A stretch of DNA of 64,000 bases from Candidatus Nanoarchaeia archaeon (GCA_035290865.1 DATDTM010000012.1:11134-75133), one strand, 5' to 3'; numbered from the stretch's first letter, positions 1-11,212 are shown. Numbers and translations: made by a program. The notes: generated by a model from the sequence alone, not told the origin.

Positions 1-334
1 TAACTTTTCTGTCCGGAAAACCCATGCCCGGGCTAATCGCTTTGGAAAAGAATTATTTGGAATATAAACATAAAAAGATTATTGATTGAAAAGTTAAACG
101 AGCTTCTAAGTGTGTTATTCCAAAATATCTCTCTACCGGCTCTGTAGAAAGTCTCGAAAAAGTCGTCTTGGCCTGTGCCTTCGCCTTTTTCTCGCTGTAG
201 TATAAACCGAAAAAGTAGCTTAATCTTATCTTACGAAAAGTTTAGCTCAGGCACAATCTTGGCCTAGGCGGCGACTTTTTCTACAGAGCCCTCTCTGCCC
301 ATAAGTTTATATATTTGCTTTTCTTTTAAAGATT

Positions 335-646
335 ATGGCAAACAAAATATCTAATATTGAACGATATGTGGCTGTAACAGCTTATTTATTGGAGTTAGGT
401 TATTTTATATCTTTTTTGACTAAGGGAGAGTCAGAATTCACGAAATATCATTTTAACCAAGAAAGTAAGATTATTACCCGAGTTCTATTGCCCGGACTGG
501 TGATATTCTTTATAAGTATACTCTGGGAAAGTTCTGTATCTAAAATTCTGATCTATCTTGGAAGTTTAGTTGTAATCTTATCATTTATCCTCTCTTTGAT
601 TGGAGCTATTTACGCATTTAAAGGAGAGCTAAAAAAGGTCTTATAA
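335..646 (+). CDS. small hypothetical membrane protein
   Basis: 103-aa ORF containing hydrophobic helices; no recognisable motif. Confidence 0.4.
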   Translation: MANKISNIERYVAVTAYLLELGYFISFLTKGESEFTKYHFNQESKIITRVLLPGLVIFFISILWESSVSKILIYLGSLVVILSFILSLIGAIYAFKGELKKVL

Positions 647-744
647 TTTTTCAGAAATTAAATTTATCTTTAGTCATAACCAAGCAAAAATATTCTTTTT
701 TTAGAGGGTAAGTTTAAATATTTCTTCTTTTTCTTTCTATTCTA

Positions 745-2073
745 ATGGAACTATCCCACTTCATTCATAAATTAGAGAAGTATTCGGAAAAAGCATTGGA
801 ATTCTCCTTGCGAGAGTATGACCAATTACAAAGCTTAAGGGCAGACGTGCTCAAAATAGAAAAATTCTCTCTTCAAGCCATTGATGCAGATTCACCGATT
901 AAAGAGTACCAAAAGCATACCTTAAAGCTGGAGCGATTATCTGAACGAATAGAAAAAAAATTAAACGCTTATACTAAGAGATTGGAGAAACAAGTTTATC
1001 GCATTGGGCGGCGCCTTAATTTAGAAGATAAAGCCTATTTCCAATCATTTCTAGATCAATTGAGGGTTTGCAAGAATAAGCTAATAATAATTTTAGCAAA
1101 AGGTGGAGAACTTCACCAATTGATTAAGATGAACCCCCCTAAGTGGAATAAAATAAGAGAAAAGATTGACGAAGCGTTGGGCACAGAGACTACCCCAGGG
1201 ATAATGACGATGATTTTATCCCTAAAGCAGTTACAGAGCGTTGAAAAGCGCCTGAAGAATGCCGACCTCGAAAAAGGACTTAAAAGCTATCGGGAAAGAG
1301 CCAACCGGATTTTAGCTGAAAGCGATAGCACCCCTTTCGACTCCGAGGAAATAGGTGCCTCTGAGCGCTTGCGTAAAATTAAAATGGAAAGAGAAGAACA
1401 GGCACTCATTCCAGTAAAAGAGATTATTCGTAAGATTTGTTTTCTGTTCTCCCAAAAATTAGGATTGCCAATAACAGAAAGAGATCTGCCCAATGTTAGG
1501 GTTAACCCTGCCTTAAATAGCCCGGCAGTTTATTATCCAGAAGGCCAATTCATAGAATTGAAGTCTATCCAATCATTTAATGGAGATAGTTTAGCAGAAG
1601 AGATTGCCCATTTCTTTAGAGATAAATTTCATCATGAAAAAACTGAAGAAAGAACCCACGAATTCTTCGGCTATTTAGGAAGGAGATTGTTATACGAAAT
1701 ACTTCCAGTAGCCGAAAAGAGAGCACTATTCCTTACTCCCCCTGTTTATGCAATCACTAAGGAAGTAATGTTGGAGGAAATGCGCCAGGCGAAGGAAAAA
1801 ACATCAGAAAGTATTGAGATACGGATAAAAAAGTCTAAAGCTTACCGAGATGGAGACGAGAAAGAAGTGGAACGGCTTAGAAGAATATTACCCAAACTAG
1901 CAAACTCAGAGTATAGCGATGCCCTTTCGCACCTAACCCACTTTTTGGGTTATTATTATGCTGCACGTGTAGATTTAAGCAAAATTAAAGACTTTAGGAA
2001 ACTGTTTACTATGCCTGATTCCGAAGTTCGGAGAAGGTTCTTTAGGGAAGATCAGGATTACTCTAGGCAGTAA
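745..2073 (+). CDS. hypothetical protein (coiled-coil rich)
   Basis: 442-aa ORF with codon usage typical of the window; no recognisable motif. Confidence 0.5.
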   Translation: MELSHFIHKLEKYSEKALEFSLREYDQLQSLRADVLKIEKFSLQAIDADSPIKEYQKHTLKLERLSERIEKKLNAYTKRLEKQVYRIGRRLNLEDKAYFQSFLDQLRVCKNKLIIILAKGGELHQLIKMNPPKWNKIREKIDEALGTETTPGIMTMILSLKQLQSVEKRLKNADLEKGLKSYRERANRILAESDSTPFDSEEIGASERLRKIKMEREEQALIPVKEIIRKICFLFSQKLGLPITERDLPNVRVNPALNSPAVYYPEGQFIELKSIQSFNGDSLAEEIAHFFRDKFHHEKTEERTHEFFGYLGRRLLYEILPVAEKRALFLTPPVYAITKEVMLEEMRQAKEKTSESIEIRIKKSKAYRDGDEKEVERLRRILPKLANSEYSDALSHLTHFLGYYYAARVDLSKIKDFRKLFTMPDSEVRRRFFREDQDYSRQ

Positions 2074-2328
2074 TGTTTCCGATCCTTTCTTTCATAAGTA
2101 ATTTTGTATAGAGAACTTTGAAAAATAGTAATTTTCATCATTTTGGTATAATCTTTAAATGGAAATTACGACCATTTCAAATTCTCTTAGAGGATTGGGA
2201 TATAAATTATTGGATTATTCAAAGTCCTCTATAAATTAATATACTTTTTACAGACTTTACCAGAAAGAAGTTAAAGATAAGGTATTAAAAAATAGACCCC
2301 TAAAAGTAGAGATCAGGAAAGAAACATC

Positions 2329-3618
2329 TTAAACCTTCACCATCATCTCTTTTCCTAAGGCGATCTTGACCAGATTCTGGAACAGATCTAATTCTCCTTT
2401 CAGAGAAACGTCTGTTTTTCTCAATTCTTCTTCTACGGAATTTACCTCTTCCTCCATCTTATCAAATTGTTTGGAGAAATGATCTAATCTATACTTCGCC
2501 TCTTCTAATTTAAAAGATAGGTCTCGGGTAACCGTGGGCGGAATTTCCGATTTTTTGATCTCAGTTTTCAGACGTTGATATTCCCGATGAAGTTTAGACA
2601 ATTCTTCCTGTTGATGAAAAGCAGACAAGAAACTTTCTACCGAAGCAGCATTCAGTAAGATTTTATTTTCATCCAGACTTTGTTTCAGGCTCTTGATTAA
2701 ACTTAAGATGGCCATTCCTTCATCAGTATAAAAAGTATCTGTGGACCTTTCCAGATAATCTTTGACTAATTTATTTCCTGGATAGACTTCTTGGAATTGC
2801 TTTAAGGCCGGCTTGATCTTGGTGATCCAAGCATTGATCTGATTATTTAACTCTTCCATCTCTCGGGAATGCAGCTGTTTTTTAGTGGCAACATTTCTGA
2901 GCAGGGAAAAACCAGAATTATCCTGTAATAACACTAACTCTCTCTCTTTCTCCATCTTTCGGTCTTCGACAATTTTTAATTTCTCTCTTTTCATGGCTAA
3001 AGATTCGGTTAAGATCTTAATCTTCTCTCGTAATTCATCTAAACGGAAAGCTTTTCTTCTGATATTTTCCATCTTGCTGTATCCGCTGGAGATGATCCTA
3101 TCTTCAAACTCATCTTTTAATCTTCTGGTATCCACAATCTCTTTCAGCAAGGGATTAATATCTGTCTCTTTCTCTTCTTTAGACAAGATAAAAGAATAAT
3201 TGTAAGAAAAAGTGCTTGCCTCCAGAGCTTTCTGCAATTCTTCTAGAGCTAGGTCTAACCTGGAATTTAATTCCAATAAATCTTTGATTAAAACTTTATC
3301 CGAAAAAGTTAATAATTCTAAAAATCTTCTGGTATTCCTAAAAAGTCTGGAGATATCTTCAGTATTGGTAGAACCTAATCCTAGCTGGACAATTTTCTGG
3401 TCCCATTCATCTAGTTTGCATTCTAAAGCCCAACGTTTATCTTTAAGAGAATTAACATAATTGATCTGGGCCTCTTCCAGCTGGAATTGATAGACAATAT
3501 CTTCAGTCCTGATTTTAATCCAGTCCTGAAGGTCATTGATATGAACTTCCACTACTCTGTTTTTATTTTCCCGTTCAGTTAATCCTAATTTATCAAAGAC
3601 ATTTAAGATCCAGCTCAT
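2329..3618 (-). CDS. hypothetical coiled-coil protein
   Basis: 429-aa ORF, highly charged with heptad-like repeats. Confidence 0.5.
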   Translation of the reverse strand: MSWILNVFDKLGLTERENKNRVVEVHINDLQDWIKIRTEDIVYQFQLEEAQINYVNSLKDKRWALECKLDEWDQKIVQLGLGSTNTEDISRLFRNTRRFLELLTFSDKVLIKDLLELNSRLDLALEELQKALEASTFSYNYSFILSKEEKETDINPLLKEIVDTRRLKDEFEDRIISSGYSKMENIRRKAFRLDELREKIKILTESLAMKREKLKIVEDRKMEKERELVLLQDNSGFSLLRNVATKKQLHSREMEELNNQINAWITKIKPALKQFQEVYPGNKLVKDYLERSTDTFYTDEGMAILSLIKSLKQSLDENKILLNAASVESFLSAFHQQEELSKLHREYQRLKTEIKKSEIPPTVTRDLSFKLEEAKYRLDHFSKQFDKMEEEVNSVEEELRKTDVSLKGELDLFQNLVKIALGKEMMVKV

Positions 3619-3771
3619 CTCTATCTTGCTCCTCTTTTCTATTAATGTATACTGCCCAGACCCAGGCTATACTATTAATAGTAATCTAACACCAATAGAA
3701 AAGAGTCTATATAAGAATTTCTATACGGGAAAATAAGCATTTTAAGTACAGTCTGATGCTTACCATTCTTT

Positions 3772-4761
3772 TCACTCCACCGGGAGCATATTCTCCATCC
3801 CCGATAGATCTGGAAGCACTAAACTTTCTGAAGGTAAAATATAAGTCTGGCCTGGTTTGGCTAATTTTGCCTCTACCTTCTTTTTGCCTAACTTTTCTGC
3901 AATTCTTCCTGCCTCCTCTTCCATTCTTGATTCTAATCTAGACAAATAATTATCTGTAGATTCCGGAGCAAAATGAGTGCCTACAATTCTCTGAACCTCA
4001 GCGAGAGTAGCCAATCTGAGTCCAGTTTTATAATCGCTATGACCCCAACCTTTTTTGAAAGATACTGCTTCCTCTTCTGGACTAAGCTGGTCTGCTTGAT
4101 TTGCTGAATCTGCTGAATAAGCTAAATCACCCGAATCTTCTGCTCTTTCCGGCTCGTAGTGCATATCTGCAATCACTAAATCCGCTCCTGCCCAGAATTC
4201 AGCCACTTTATCATCTAGCCAGTTATGTTCCGGTTCATAATCTGTAGAGAAGACAAAAGTAGTCATCTTTCCTTCCCCGAAACGTTCCCGAAAACGATAG
4301 CCGACACTGCCTCCCGAAGGATGATTCTGGAGTAAGGTATCAATGCATAATTCCCCATCATCGTAAATCTCCTCACCCGGCTGAAACTCGTAGATATCCT
4401 TTATTCCTTCTAAAGCGCTAAATGGAACTGGAAAGTTCACCCGCTCATGTTGATTTTCAAGAGCTGTTCTTACACTTATCCCATTAGCTTTTCCATAAAC
4501 AGTAATTCTTCGTTGAGGATCATAAGTTGGTTTAAAGAAAGGCAATCCTTGGATATGATCCCAATGCAAATGAGTCAATAAAAGATATAATTCTTTATCA
4601 CCAACGGAATTTAATCTGCGGATGCCGTTTCCTGCGTCCAGTATAAACGTTTTCCCGCTGTCTGCAGAGACAGAAACACAGCTGGTCTCTCCGCCGTAAG
4701 TTAAATATTGGGGCCCTGAAACCGGTATTGAACCCCGAGTGCCGAAGATAGTTATTCTCAT
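3772..4761 (-). CDS. MBL-fold metallo-hydrolase
   Basis: THLHWDHIQG (HxHxDH) zinc-binding motif typical of the metallo-beta-lactamase fold. Confidence 0.7.
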   Translation of the reverse strand: MRITIFGTRGSIPVSGPQYLTYGGETSCVSVSADSGKTFILDAGNGIRRLNSVGDKELYLLLTHLHWDHIQGLPFFKPTYDPQRRITVYGKANGISVRTALENQHERVNFPVPFSALEGIKDIYEFQPGEEIYDDGELCIDTLLQNHPSGGSVGYRFRERFGEGKMTTFVFSTDYEPEHNWLDDKVAEFWAGADLVIADMHYEPERAEDSGDLAYSADSANQADQLSPEEEAVSFKKGWGHSDYKTGLRLATLAEVQRIVGTHFAPESTDNYLSRLESRMEEEAGRIAEKLGKKKVEAKLAKPGQTYILPSESLVLPDLSGMENMLPVE

Positions 4762-4864
4762 GGTTCTCCCTCCATTCCCTTCAGGAACAAATGACTAATA
4801 TCTTGCTACTATTTAATACCAAATGGCTGTATTTTAGTGATAAATCGTAAAGATTAAATAGTAA

Positions 4865-5905
4865 TTGCTCTTTATTACTTTCATGAGAGTTTTGACTCCT
4901 TCCCGGCAATTGCTTAAGCTTGATGCTAACGACTGGAAAATTCTTTCTGAAATCAAAGATAATGCCCGTCAGCCGTTAACTAAAATTGCAGAAAAAGTCC
5001 ATCTTTCCAGGTCGGCTGTTGAGTACAGGCTGAAACAGATGCATCAAGAGCAATTAATTACTGGATATCGAACTTTAATCAATATTCATAAATTAGGATA
5101 TAAGTCTTACCATGTATTTTTGGATGCGCATACCCCCCATGAAGAAAAAGAGCTGCTGGCCAGAGCCATTAATGCTGATTATGTTAATGCTTTAATTCTC
5201 TACAGCGGAAGATACAATTTAGAGATTTCTATCCTGGCCAAAGATGAGCTAGACTTTCTGGAGAAATATGCTCAATTAGTAGATAAGATCCACTTCCGCA
5301 AGGATTTATATCTAATTTTATTGGAGACAATCTCAGCAAGAGTCCTTCCTGATAAATATATCCAAAAAGGCCAGCCTAAAGAAAAATCTTTTCTTACTCT
5401 AAAAAAGAAGAATAATTCCTCTAAACTGGATTTGGTAGATGTAAAACTGCTTTATTCCATCTCCAAAGAGGCGATTAAAACCTATCTTTCTTTAGCCAAA
5501 GAGCTAAACGTATCTAAAGATGCCTTGAAATACCGCTTAAAGAAATTAGAAGAGAATGGGACCATTCTAGAATATCGGCCGGCAATTAATTATTCCGCCC
5601 TGGGATTATCCATCAATGCGGTATTAATCAACTTAAGCCAGGATACTGAAAAAATAAAGCAGTTTGAAAATTTTTTGAAAAATGAGCCATCAGTTTTATG
5701 GTCAGCACGAACTTTCGGATATTATGATTATCTTCTTTATGTCATCAGCCAGGGGTTGGACGAGTTTCATCAGACCATTAATAATCTTAAAAAACAGTTC
5801 GCGGAATTGATTAAGAATTATGAGGTGCTCTTCGCTTATGAAGAAGTAAAGTATGAATTCATCTCTAAAGGTATGGTGGAAGAATTGAGTAGGAAGTTAA
5901 AATGA
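4865..5905 (+). CDS. tandem Lrp/AsnC-type HTH transcriptional regulator
   Basis: Two AsnC-like wHTH segments, each followed by a RAM-like region (LDANDWKILSEIKDNARQPLTKIAEKV... and LDLVDVKLLYSISKEA...). Confidence 0.55.
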   Translation: MLFITFMRVLTPSRQLLKLDANDWKILSEIKDNARQPLTKIAEKVHLSRSAVEYRLKQMHQEQLITGYRTLINIHKLGYKSYHVFLDAHTPHEEKELLARAINADYVNALILYSGRYNLEISILAKDELDFLEKYAQLVDKIHFRKDLYLILLETISARVLPDKYIQKGQPKEKSFLTLKKKNNSSKLDLVDVKLLYSISKEAIKTYLSLAKELNVSKDALKYRLKKLEENGTILEYRPAINYSALGLSINAVLINLSQDTEKIKQFENFLKNEPSVLWSARTFGYYDYLLYVISQGLDEFHQTINNLKKQFAELIKNYEVLFAYEEVKYEFISKGMVEELSRKLK

Positions 5906-6214
5906 AATATGTGAAAAACATCTTAAACAGATAAGGTTACAATAACCTTATATACCACTAATTCTGTTTAGAATATTATGAACCGAAAATCTGTCTCATT
6001 AATAATCTGATTTATATTTATACTTACTTTTCTCATCTTTGGTTGTTCAAATAAACTTGAGGTTAATTGTGATAATCTTAACGGAACAGATTGCTTGATA
6101 TATCAAAATTCCTGTGAACTATGTCCAGAGAAAATAGTTTCTAGTTATGTCGGCTGTCATACCCTAGACTTTTGCAATAAAATTCCAATTCAGTAATGCA
6201 CTTTTAAGAAAAAA

Positions 6215-7414
6215 TCACTTTCCCGCCACGATCTCCAGCACATCCAAATTCTTCAACAGGTACTCTTTACCCACCGCTCTTTTGGTGCGCACATCTTTAG
6301 CGCAGATAAAATTCTTGCCAAAATCAGTATGCAATTTATAGGCGAAGTCCAAGGCCGTGGATTTAGGAGGCATTAGGAAACAGTCAGGAAGGCATCTTCC
6401 TTCCGAATCTTCCAGTTTAGATACCCCTCCGGGAAAGATAGCTAAATAACCTAATAACTCAAAAACCGCTTTATCCAATACTTGCTGCACTCCCGTACTC
6501 CCAAATTGCTCCAAGATATTTTGCTGGATAAATTTCAGGGCATTTTTCTGTTTCTCAGATAATCTTTTCTCATCTAAAATCTTAAACTGATTCTCTCCAG
6601 GAATATATTCAATTAATCCTGCTTTGGCCGCTTCCCGTAAAGCCAGTTCAGACTCCGCAGAACAGCCGATAAATATCCGGTCTGAAAATTCTTTTTTAAT
6701 TCTGACTAAATTTTCTTTCGCTCCTTTTACATCAATTTTATTAGCAGCAATAAGCATGGGCTTGGTTTTCTTACGTAACACCAGAGCTAATCTCTCTAAA
6801 TCTTTCTCTGTCCAGGAAGCAGGCTTATCTTTATCTAAGTTCAGCTCTTTGATGGTATCTTCCATCATCTTTTCAGTAACTTTCAATCCGGAAAGCTGCT
6901 GAGCCAGAGCAATTTTAATCTCTTTCTTTTCCTGCTGGACTGTTCTGGCAAACCTCTCCCAGCCTTTCTTTAAGATTCCTAAATACCATAGATCCAGCTC
7001 TACTTCTAAGAATTTAACATCATTGGCTGGATCGTAACCACCGGAAGCGATTGGCTCTCCTTTCTCGTTGGTAGTCCCGCCCATATCTACCACATGGATT
7101 AAAACATCAGCCTGACGCAAATCATCTAAGAACTGATTGCCCATGCCCTTACCCTCATGCGCCCCAGGCACTAAACCGGCTACATCAATCATTTGCATGG
7201 GAACAAAACGGAACTCTTTAAGCACATAACCTAAACGCGGATTAGACACTTTATTGAAATCTTTGGCTGGATCTTTAACCTTAACGTAACCTACTCCGGT
7301 GTTCGGTTTGATGGTTGCGAAGGGATAATTAGCGATCTCTACTTCCGCCAGCGTAGCTGCTTTGAAGAAAGTTGATTTTCCTACGTTGGCTTTACCTACG
7401 ATTCCTACAATCAT
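6215..7414 (-). CDS. Obg-like GTPase (YchF/Ygr210 family) with C-terminal TGS domain
   Basis: N-terminal P-loop GIVGKANVGKST with NKID and DxxG elements; C-terminal TGS-like segment. Confidence 0.8.
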   Translation of the reverse strand: MIVGIVGKANVGKSTFFKAATLAEVEIANYPFATIKPNTGVGYVKVKDPAKDFNKVSNPRLGYVLKEFRFVPMQMIDVAGLVPGAHEGKGMGNQFLDDLRQADVLIHVVDMGGTTNEKGEPIASGGYDPANDVKFLEVELDLWYLGILKKGWERFARTVQQEKKEIKIALAQQLSGLKVTEKMMEDTIKELNLDKDKPASWTEKDLERLALVLRKKTKPMLIAANKIDVKGAKENLVRIKKEFSDRIFIGCSAESELALREAAKAGLIEYIPGENQFKILDEKRLSEKQKNALKFIQQNILEQFGSTGVQQVLDKAVFELLGYLAIFPGGVSKLEDSEGRCLPDCFLMPPKSTALDFAYKLHTDFGKNFICAKDVRTKRAVGKEYLLKNLDVLEIVAGK

Positions 7415-7512
7415 ATTTAGGCTAAATTCATCAGTTATTTTTATTCTTTGTTATTGAAAACAACGATTTTTAAAGAAATAAATATAAACCCTAAAGTAAT
7501 TAACTTTAAAAT

Positions 7513-7604
7513 CTGAATTTTCCACCAGTGTTGCACATGTGGCATAAGCTCCAGCGAGATTACATCACGTGGAAAATTCAGGGTCTGAGGAAACCGCGGT
7601 TTCC
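7513..7604. repeat. MITE-like hairpin repeat (family 4, inverted copy of 63185-63253) plus GGAAACCGCGGTTTCC hairpin
   Basis: CTGAATTTTCCAC...GTGGAAAATTCAG terminal inverted repeat. Near-identical reverse complement of 63185-63253. Confidence 0.7.
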
Positions 7605-7635
7605 GATTGACGAAAGTTCAAAAGATAACCAAAAA

Positions 7636-8253
7636 ATGGACCAACTTCACAAGCTCCGCAAATTGTACCGCCTGAAGAACATCGAAAGGGCCAATTCTGT
7701 CCTCAGCAGAAAAGAAAGTTCTGCCGAACATACCTGGAGCTGCCTGCTCCTGGCAGACTATTTTCTTAGCCAGGTTAAAAATAGCCAAATTAAAGCAAGT
7801 AAAGATAAAAGTAATCAAGATAAAGATCAGACTAAAGATAAAAAGCTGGACCGCTTGAAAATCTATGAATTATTGCTTTATCATGACCTCATCGAGATTG
7901 AAGCTGGTGATATTCCCATCCATCACGTAGAAGAAAGAAAGCATAAGCAAGAAAAAGAACAGAAAGCTTTTGCTAGTATGAAAAAGCAGTTTCCTGAAGT
8001 TCTTAAAGAAAAGTTTTCTCACTTATTTCAGGAATTTGAAGAGCAAAAAACTCCTGAAGCTAAATTCGCCCGGGCAGTGGACCGGATTGATGCCTTGATT
8101 CATGAACTGGACTACAAAAAAGATTGGAAGGGCTGGAACGAAGCCAAAGTCCGTCAGTTTTACCAGGAAGAGATCAAAGACGTTCCCATAATCAAAGCTG
8201 CTTTTGAGCAGATTTTAAGCTACGCCCGAGAGCAAGGTTACTTCAATCTTTAG
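7636..8253 (+). CDS. HD-domain phosphohydrolase (YfbR-like)
   Basis: H...HD...D metal motifs (HTWSC, LLYHDLIEIEAGD). Start moved to Met at 7636 because the upstream part of ORF 7528.. lies inside the MITE. Confidence 0.65.
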   Translation: MDQLHKLRKLYRLKNIERANSVLSRKESSAEHTWSCLLLADYFLSQVKNSQIKASKDKSNQDKDQTKDKKLDRLKIYELLLYHDLIEIEAGDIPIHHVEERKHKQEKEQKAFASMKKQFPEVLKEKFSHLFQEFEEQKTPEAKFARAVDRIDALIHELDYKKDWKGWNEAKVRQFYQEEIKDVPIIKAAFEQILSYAREQGYFNL

Positions 8254-8441
8254 CTCCATACCTCAAAAAATAGCGGTAACTTTTTAAATAGAGGGTATTT
8301 ATTTAAGCTCAGTTGCAAAAGAATAAGATTTCTTTTGTTAGTATAGTGAACGTGAGATATTATCGAACGTGAACTATATTAGAAATTGCTTGAATAATGT
8401 TTGGAAATTAAGCAATTTCTCTATATTGGAGGATATATAAA

Positions 8442-8609
8442 ATGAGAAATTTCGACCGATCTGGTCCAAGACCACAAAGTTTCGGGCCAAGAGAAATGCA
8501 TAATGCAGTTTGTTCAGAATGTGGACAAGAGTGCCAAGTGCCTTTCAAACCCACCGAAGGGAAGCCAGTTTTTTGTAAAGAATGTTACTCTAAAAGAAAA
8601 AGATTCTAA
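8442..8609 (+). CDS. small CxxC-x17-CxxC zinc-ribbon protein
   Basis: 55-aa ORF not in the supplied track; CSEC-(17 aa)-CKEC; GGAGG Shine-Dalgarno 8 nt upstream of the ATG. Confidence 0.55.
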   Translation: MRNFDRSGPRPQSFGPREMHNAVCSECGQECQVPFKPTEGKPVFCKECYSKRKRF

Positions 8610-8711
8610 TTTTCTTTGAGTTATACTTCATACTTAAACTATAACCATTTTTTTAATTTTTTATTTGATTTTTTATGAATGAATTTTGACTTGTTCTTAA
8701 AGCACAAAAAA

Positions 8712-9335
8712 TCAGTTCTTAGGAATTCCGATATCTACCACTACAATTCTATCTTTAAATTTCTCCAACCCTTTTTTCAGCTCATGGAAACAAACGATCA
8801 GATCTGCCTGGCAACATTTATCTTCCGCCTCGCCAGTATCCGGATCCAATCCCGAAGGCAAATCTACCGCTACTTTTATCCCCGGGATAAAATTAAACAG
8901 ATCGATTCCTGAGCTAAATGGTTCTCGAGCCTTTCCTTTTATTCCCATTCCTAAGATAGCATCAATTAAAATGTAATCAATCCCCTTCTGAAATTTAAAT
9001 TTAATCAGATCTTCTTTGCTTCCAATCTTGATCACGGGCAGAGCAAGTCTAATCTTATTGTAATTTAACTCTGCCTCCTCGCTGAGCTTATCTTTATCCC
9101 CGAAAAATAAGACTAAAGTTCGAGCTTCTTTCCCAAAATAGCGGGCCGCCACAAAACCATCTCCCCCATTATTGCCCTGACCGCAGAAAACCACTATCTG
9201 TTTACCAACTAGATCATATTTCTCTCTCACGGTCTCAAATACCGCCTTGCCTGCATTTTCCATTAATTCTTCAATAGAAATGCCTTGCTGGGTTGCCCAA
9301 TGTTCCAGTTCTTTCATTTCTTTTGCGCTGATCAT
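8712..9335 (-). CDS. NAD(P)H-hydrate epimerase (YjeF N-terminal domain)
   Basis: CGQGNNGGDG motif characteristic of the YjeF_N family. Confidence 0.75.
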   Translation of the reverse strand: MISAKEMKELEHWATQQGISIEELMENAGKAVFETVREKYDLVGKQIVVFCGQGNNGGDGFVAARYFGKEARTLVLFFGDKDKLSEEAELNYNKIRLALPVIKIGSKEDLIKFKFQKGIDYILIDAILGMGIKGKAREPFSSGIDLFNFIPGIKVAVDLPSGLDPDTGEAEDKCCQADLIVCFHELKKGLEKFKDRIVVVDIGIPKN

Positions 9336-9406
9336 CTTCTAACTTAATAAAAGCGAAAGAAGTTTTATAAATATTCTGCAATTAAAAGATCTAAAAAGGA
9401 GAAAAG

Positions 9407-11212
9407 ATGAAAAATTATCTCAAAAAGTATGAGAAGATTGATTTAAAATACAATCTGAAAACGCTTTGGGGTTTCGTCAAGAAATATCGCTGGTCTTTTT
9501 ATGGATTGATTTTCTTGATGCTATTAAACGAGATTTTTGCTTTTTTAGACAATTTTGCTTTTAAGTACTTAGTAGATAAGGGCACCTTGTTCAGCCAGGG
9601 GAATCTTTCTCCAGAAACTCTCTGGGAAATCTTATTGATCATTGTTTTCTTATTCATTCTGCTTAAGATCATCAGTGCTCTTTTCTGGTTCATCACCTTA
9701 AGGGTAGTCAACCTGATGGAAGCAAAAGTAATGAACGATATCGAAAAGAAATCGTTTTGGCATATTCTAACTTTATCCTACCGTTTCCACCTCAATAAGC
9801 GTACCGGATCTTTGATCTCCCAGTTTACCAGAGGGGTGAATAAGGTAGAAGCTTTTGGAGACGCCATCATCTTCAACTTTATCCCTGTATTCTTTCGTAT
9901 CTTGCTTTCAGTAGGAGTAATCTTCTATTTTGATATTGCTACATCTTTAGTAGTATTGATCACCTGTGTACTCTTCGCTATGGTGGGAATTTACTTTACC
10001 AACCTGCAAAAAGTACCTCAAAATATAGCTAATTACCATGAAGATAACCTAAAACAGAACCTTAGCGATGTTTTTCAAAATATCGAGACCGTGAAATATT
10101 TCGCTAAAGAGAAAGACACTTATCATTATTTTAGTACCCTCTCAGAAAAATTAAAAGTCGCCAGAAATAAGTTCTGGAATTATTTTTCCTGGCTCTCTGC
10201 AATAGACACTTTGGTTTTAGGGTTGGGCATCGCAGCTATCTTTTATTTCAGTTTTACCGGCTTGATGCAGGGAAGAATCAGTTTAGGCAGCATTACTTTA
10301 ATTTACGCTGCAGTTTGGAGATTAATCCCCATGCTCTTTAATTTAATGCATGGCTATCGCCAATTCATCCGTAGCAGCGTGGATGTAGATGCTTTATTTC
10401 AGATGTTCAAAGAAGAGAATGAAGTAATAGATTTACCTGAAGCAAAAAAGCTTCAGGTTGCTCAGGGAAAGATTGAATTCAAGAATGTTTCTTTCGCTTA
10501 TCCAGCCAGCGGAAGGGATAACCGAACCGTAATCAAAAATTTTAGTCATATTCTTAAGCCCAATACCAAAGTCGCTTTAGTTGGTCCCTCTGGTGGGGGA
10601 AAGACCACGGTCATCAAACTGCTCTACCGTCTCTTTGATCTTCCGGAAGGACAAATCTTAATTGATGAACAAGATATCCATCAAGTCGCCCAGGAATCAT
10701 TGCGCAATTCCATCAGTGTAGTTCCTCAAGAGCCGATTTTGTTTGATAATACTCTATGGTTTAATATTGCCTATGCTAACCCCCGTGCAGGCAAAAGAAA
10801 GGTTTGGCAGGCCATCAGGTTCGCTCAGCTGGATAAATTTATTGCCCAGCTACCTAAAAAAGAAAAGACTATTGTCGGAGAGAGGGGGGTAAAATTATCC
10901 GGAGGAGAAAAACAAAGAGTCAGTATTGCCCGAGCCATCCTTGCCGACAAAAAAATCCTGGTTTTAGACGAAGCTACCTCTGCTCTAGATTCAGAGACAG
11001 AAAAAGAGATTCAAGCTTGCCTAGAAAAGTTGATGAAAAATAGGACTACTATCATGATTGCCCATAGACTATCTACGATTATGAAAGCCGATGAGATTAT
11101 TGTCCTAGATCAAGGGCGGATTGTTGAGATAGGCACCCATGATCAGCTCGCTAATAAGCAGGGCGGGCTATACCAAAGATTATGGGGGTTGCAAAGAGGA
11201 GGAAGATTGTAA
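9407..11212 (+). CDS. ABC transporter, fused permease/ATPase (MsbA-like exporter)
   Basis: Six transmembrane segments followed by Walker A GPSGGGKTT, signature LSGGEKQRVSIARA and Walker B ILVLDEATS. Confidence 0.85.
   Translation: MKNYLKKYEKIDLKYNLKTLWGFVKKYRWSFYGLIFLMLLNEIFAFLDNFAFKYLVDKGTLFSQGNLSPETLWEILLIIVFLFILLKIISALFWFITLRVVNLMEAKVMNDIEKKSFWHILTLSYRFHLNKRTGSLISQFTRGVNKVEAFGDAIIFNFIPVFFRILLSVGVIFYFDIATSLVVLITCVLFAMVGIYFTNLQKVPQNIANYHEDNLKQNLSDVFQNIETVKYFAKEKDTYHYFSTLSEKLKVARNKFWNYFSWLSAIDTLVLGLGIAAIFYFSFTGLMQGRISLGSITLIYAAVWRLIPMLFNLMHGYRQFIRSSVDVDALFQMFKEENEVIDLPEAKKLQVAQGKIEFKNVSFAYPASGRDNRTVIKNFSHILKPNTKVALVGPSGGGKTTVIKLLYRLFDLPEGQILIDEQDIHQVAQESLRNSISVVPQEPILFDNTLWFNIAYANPRAGKRKVWQAIRFAQLDKFIAQLPKKEKTIVGERGVKLSGGEKQRVSIARAILADKKILVLDEATSALDSETEKEIQACLEKLMKNRTTIMIAHRLSTIMKADEIIVLDQGRIVEIGTHDQLANKQGGLYQRLWGLQRGGRL

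Noticed and set aside
8679-8912. 77-aa + strand ORF overlapping the 3' end of the YjeF-N gene
   Set aside because: Antisense overlap with a well-supported CDS. No ribosome-binding site.
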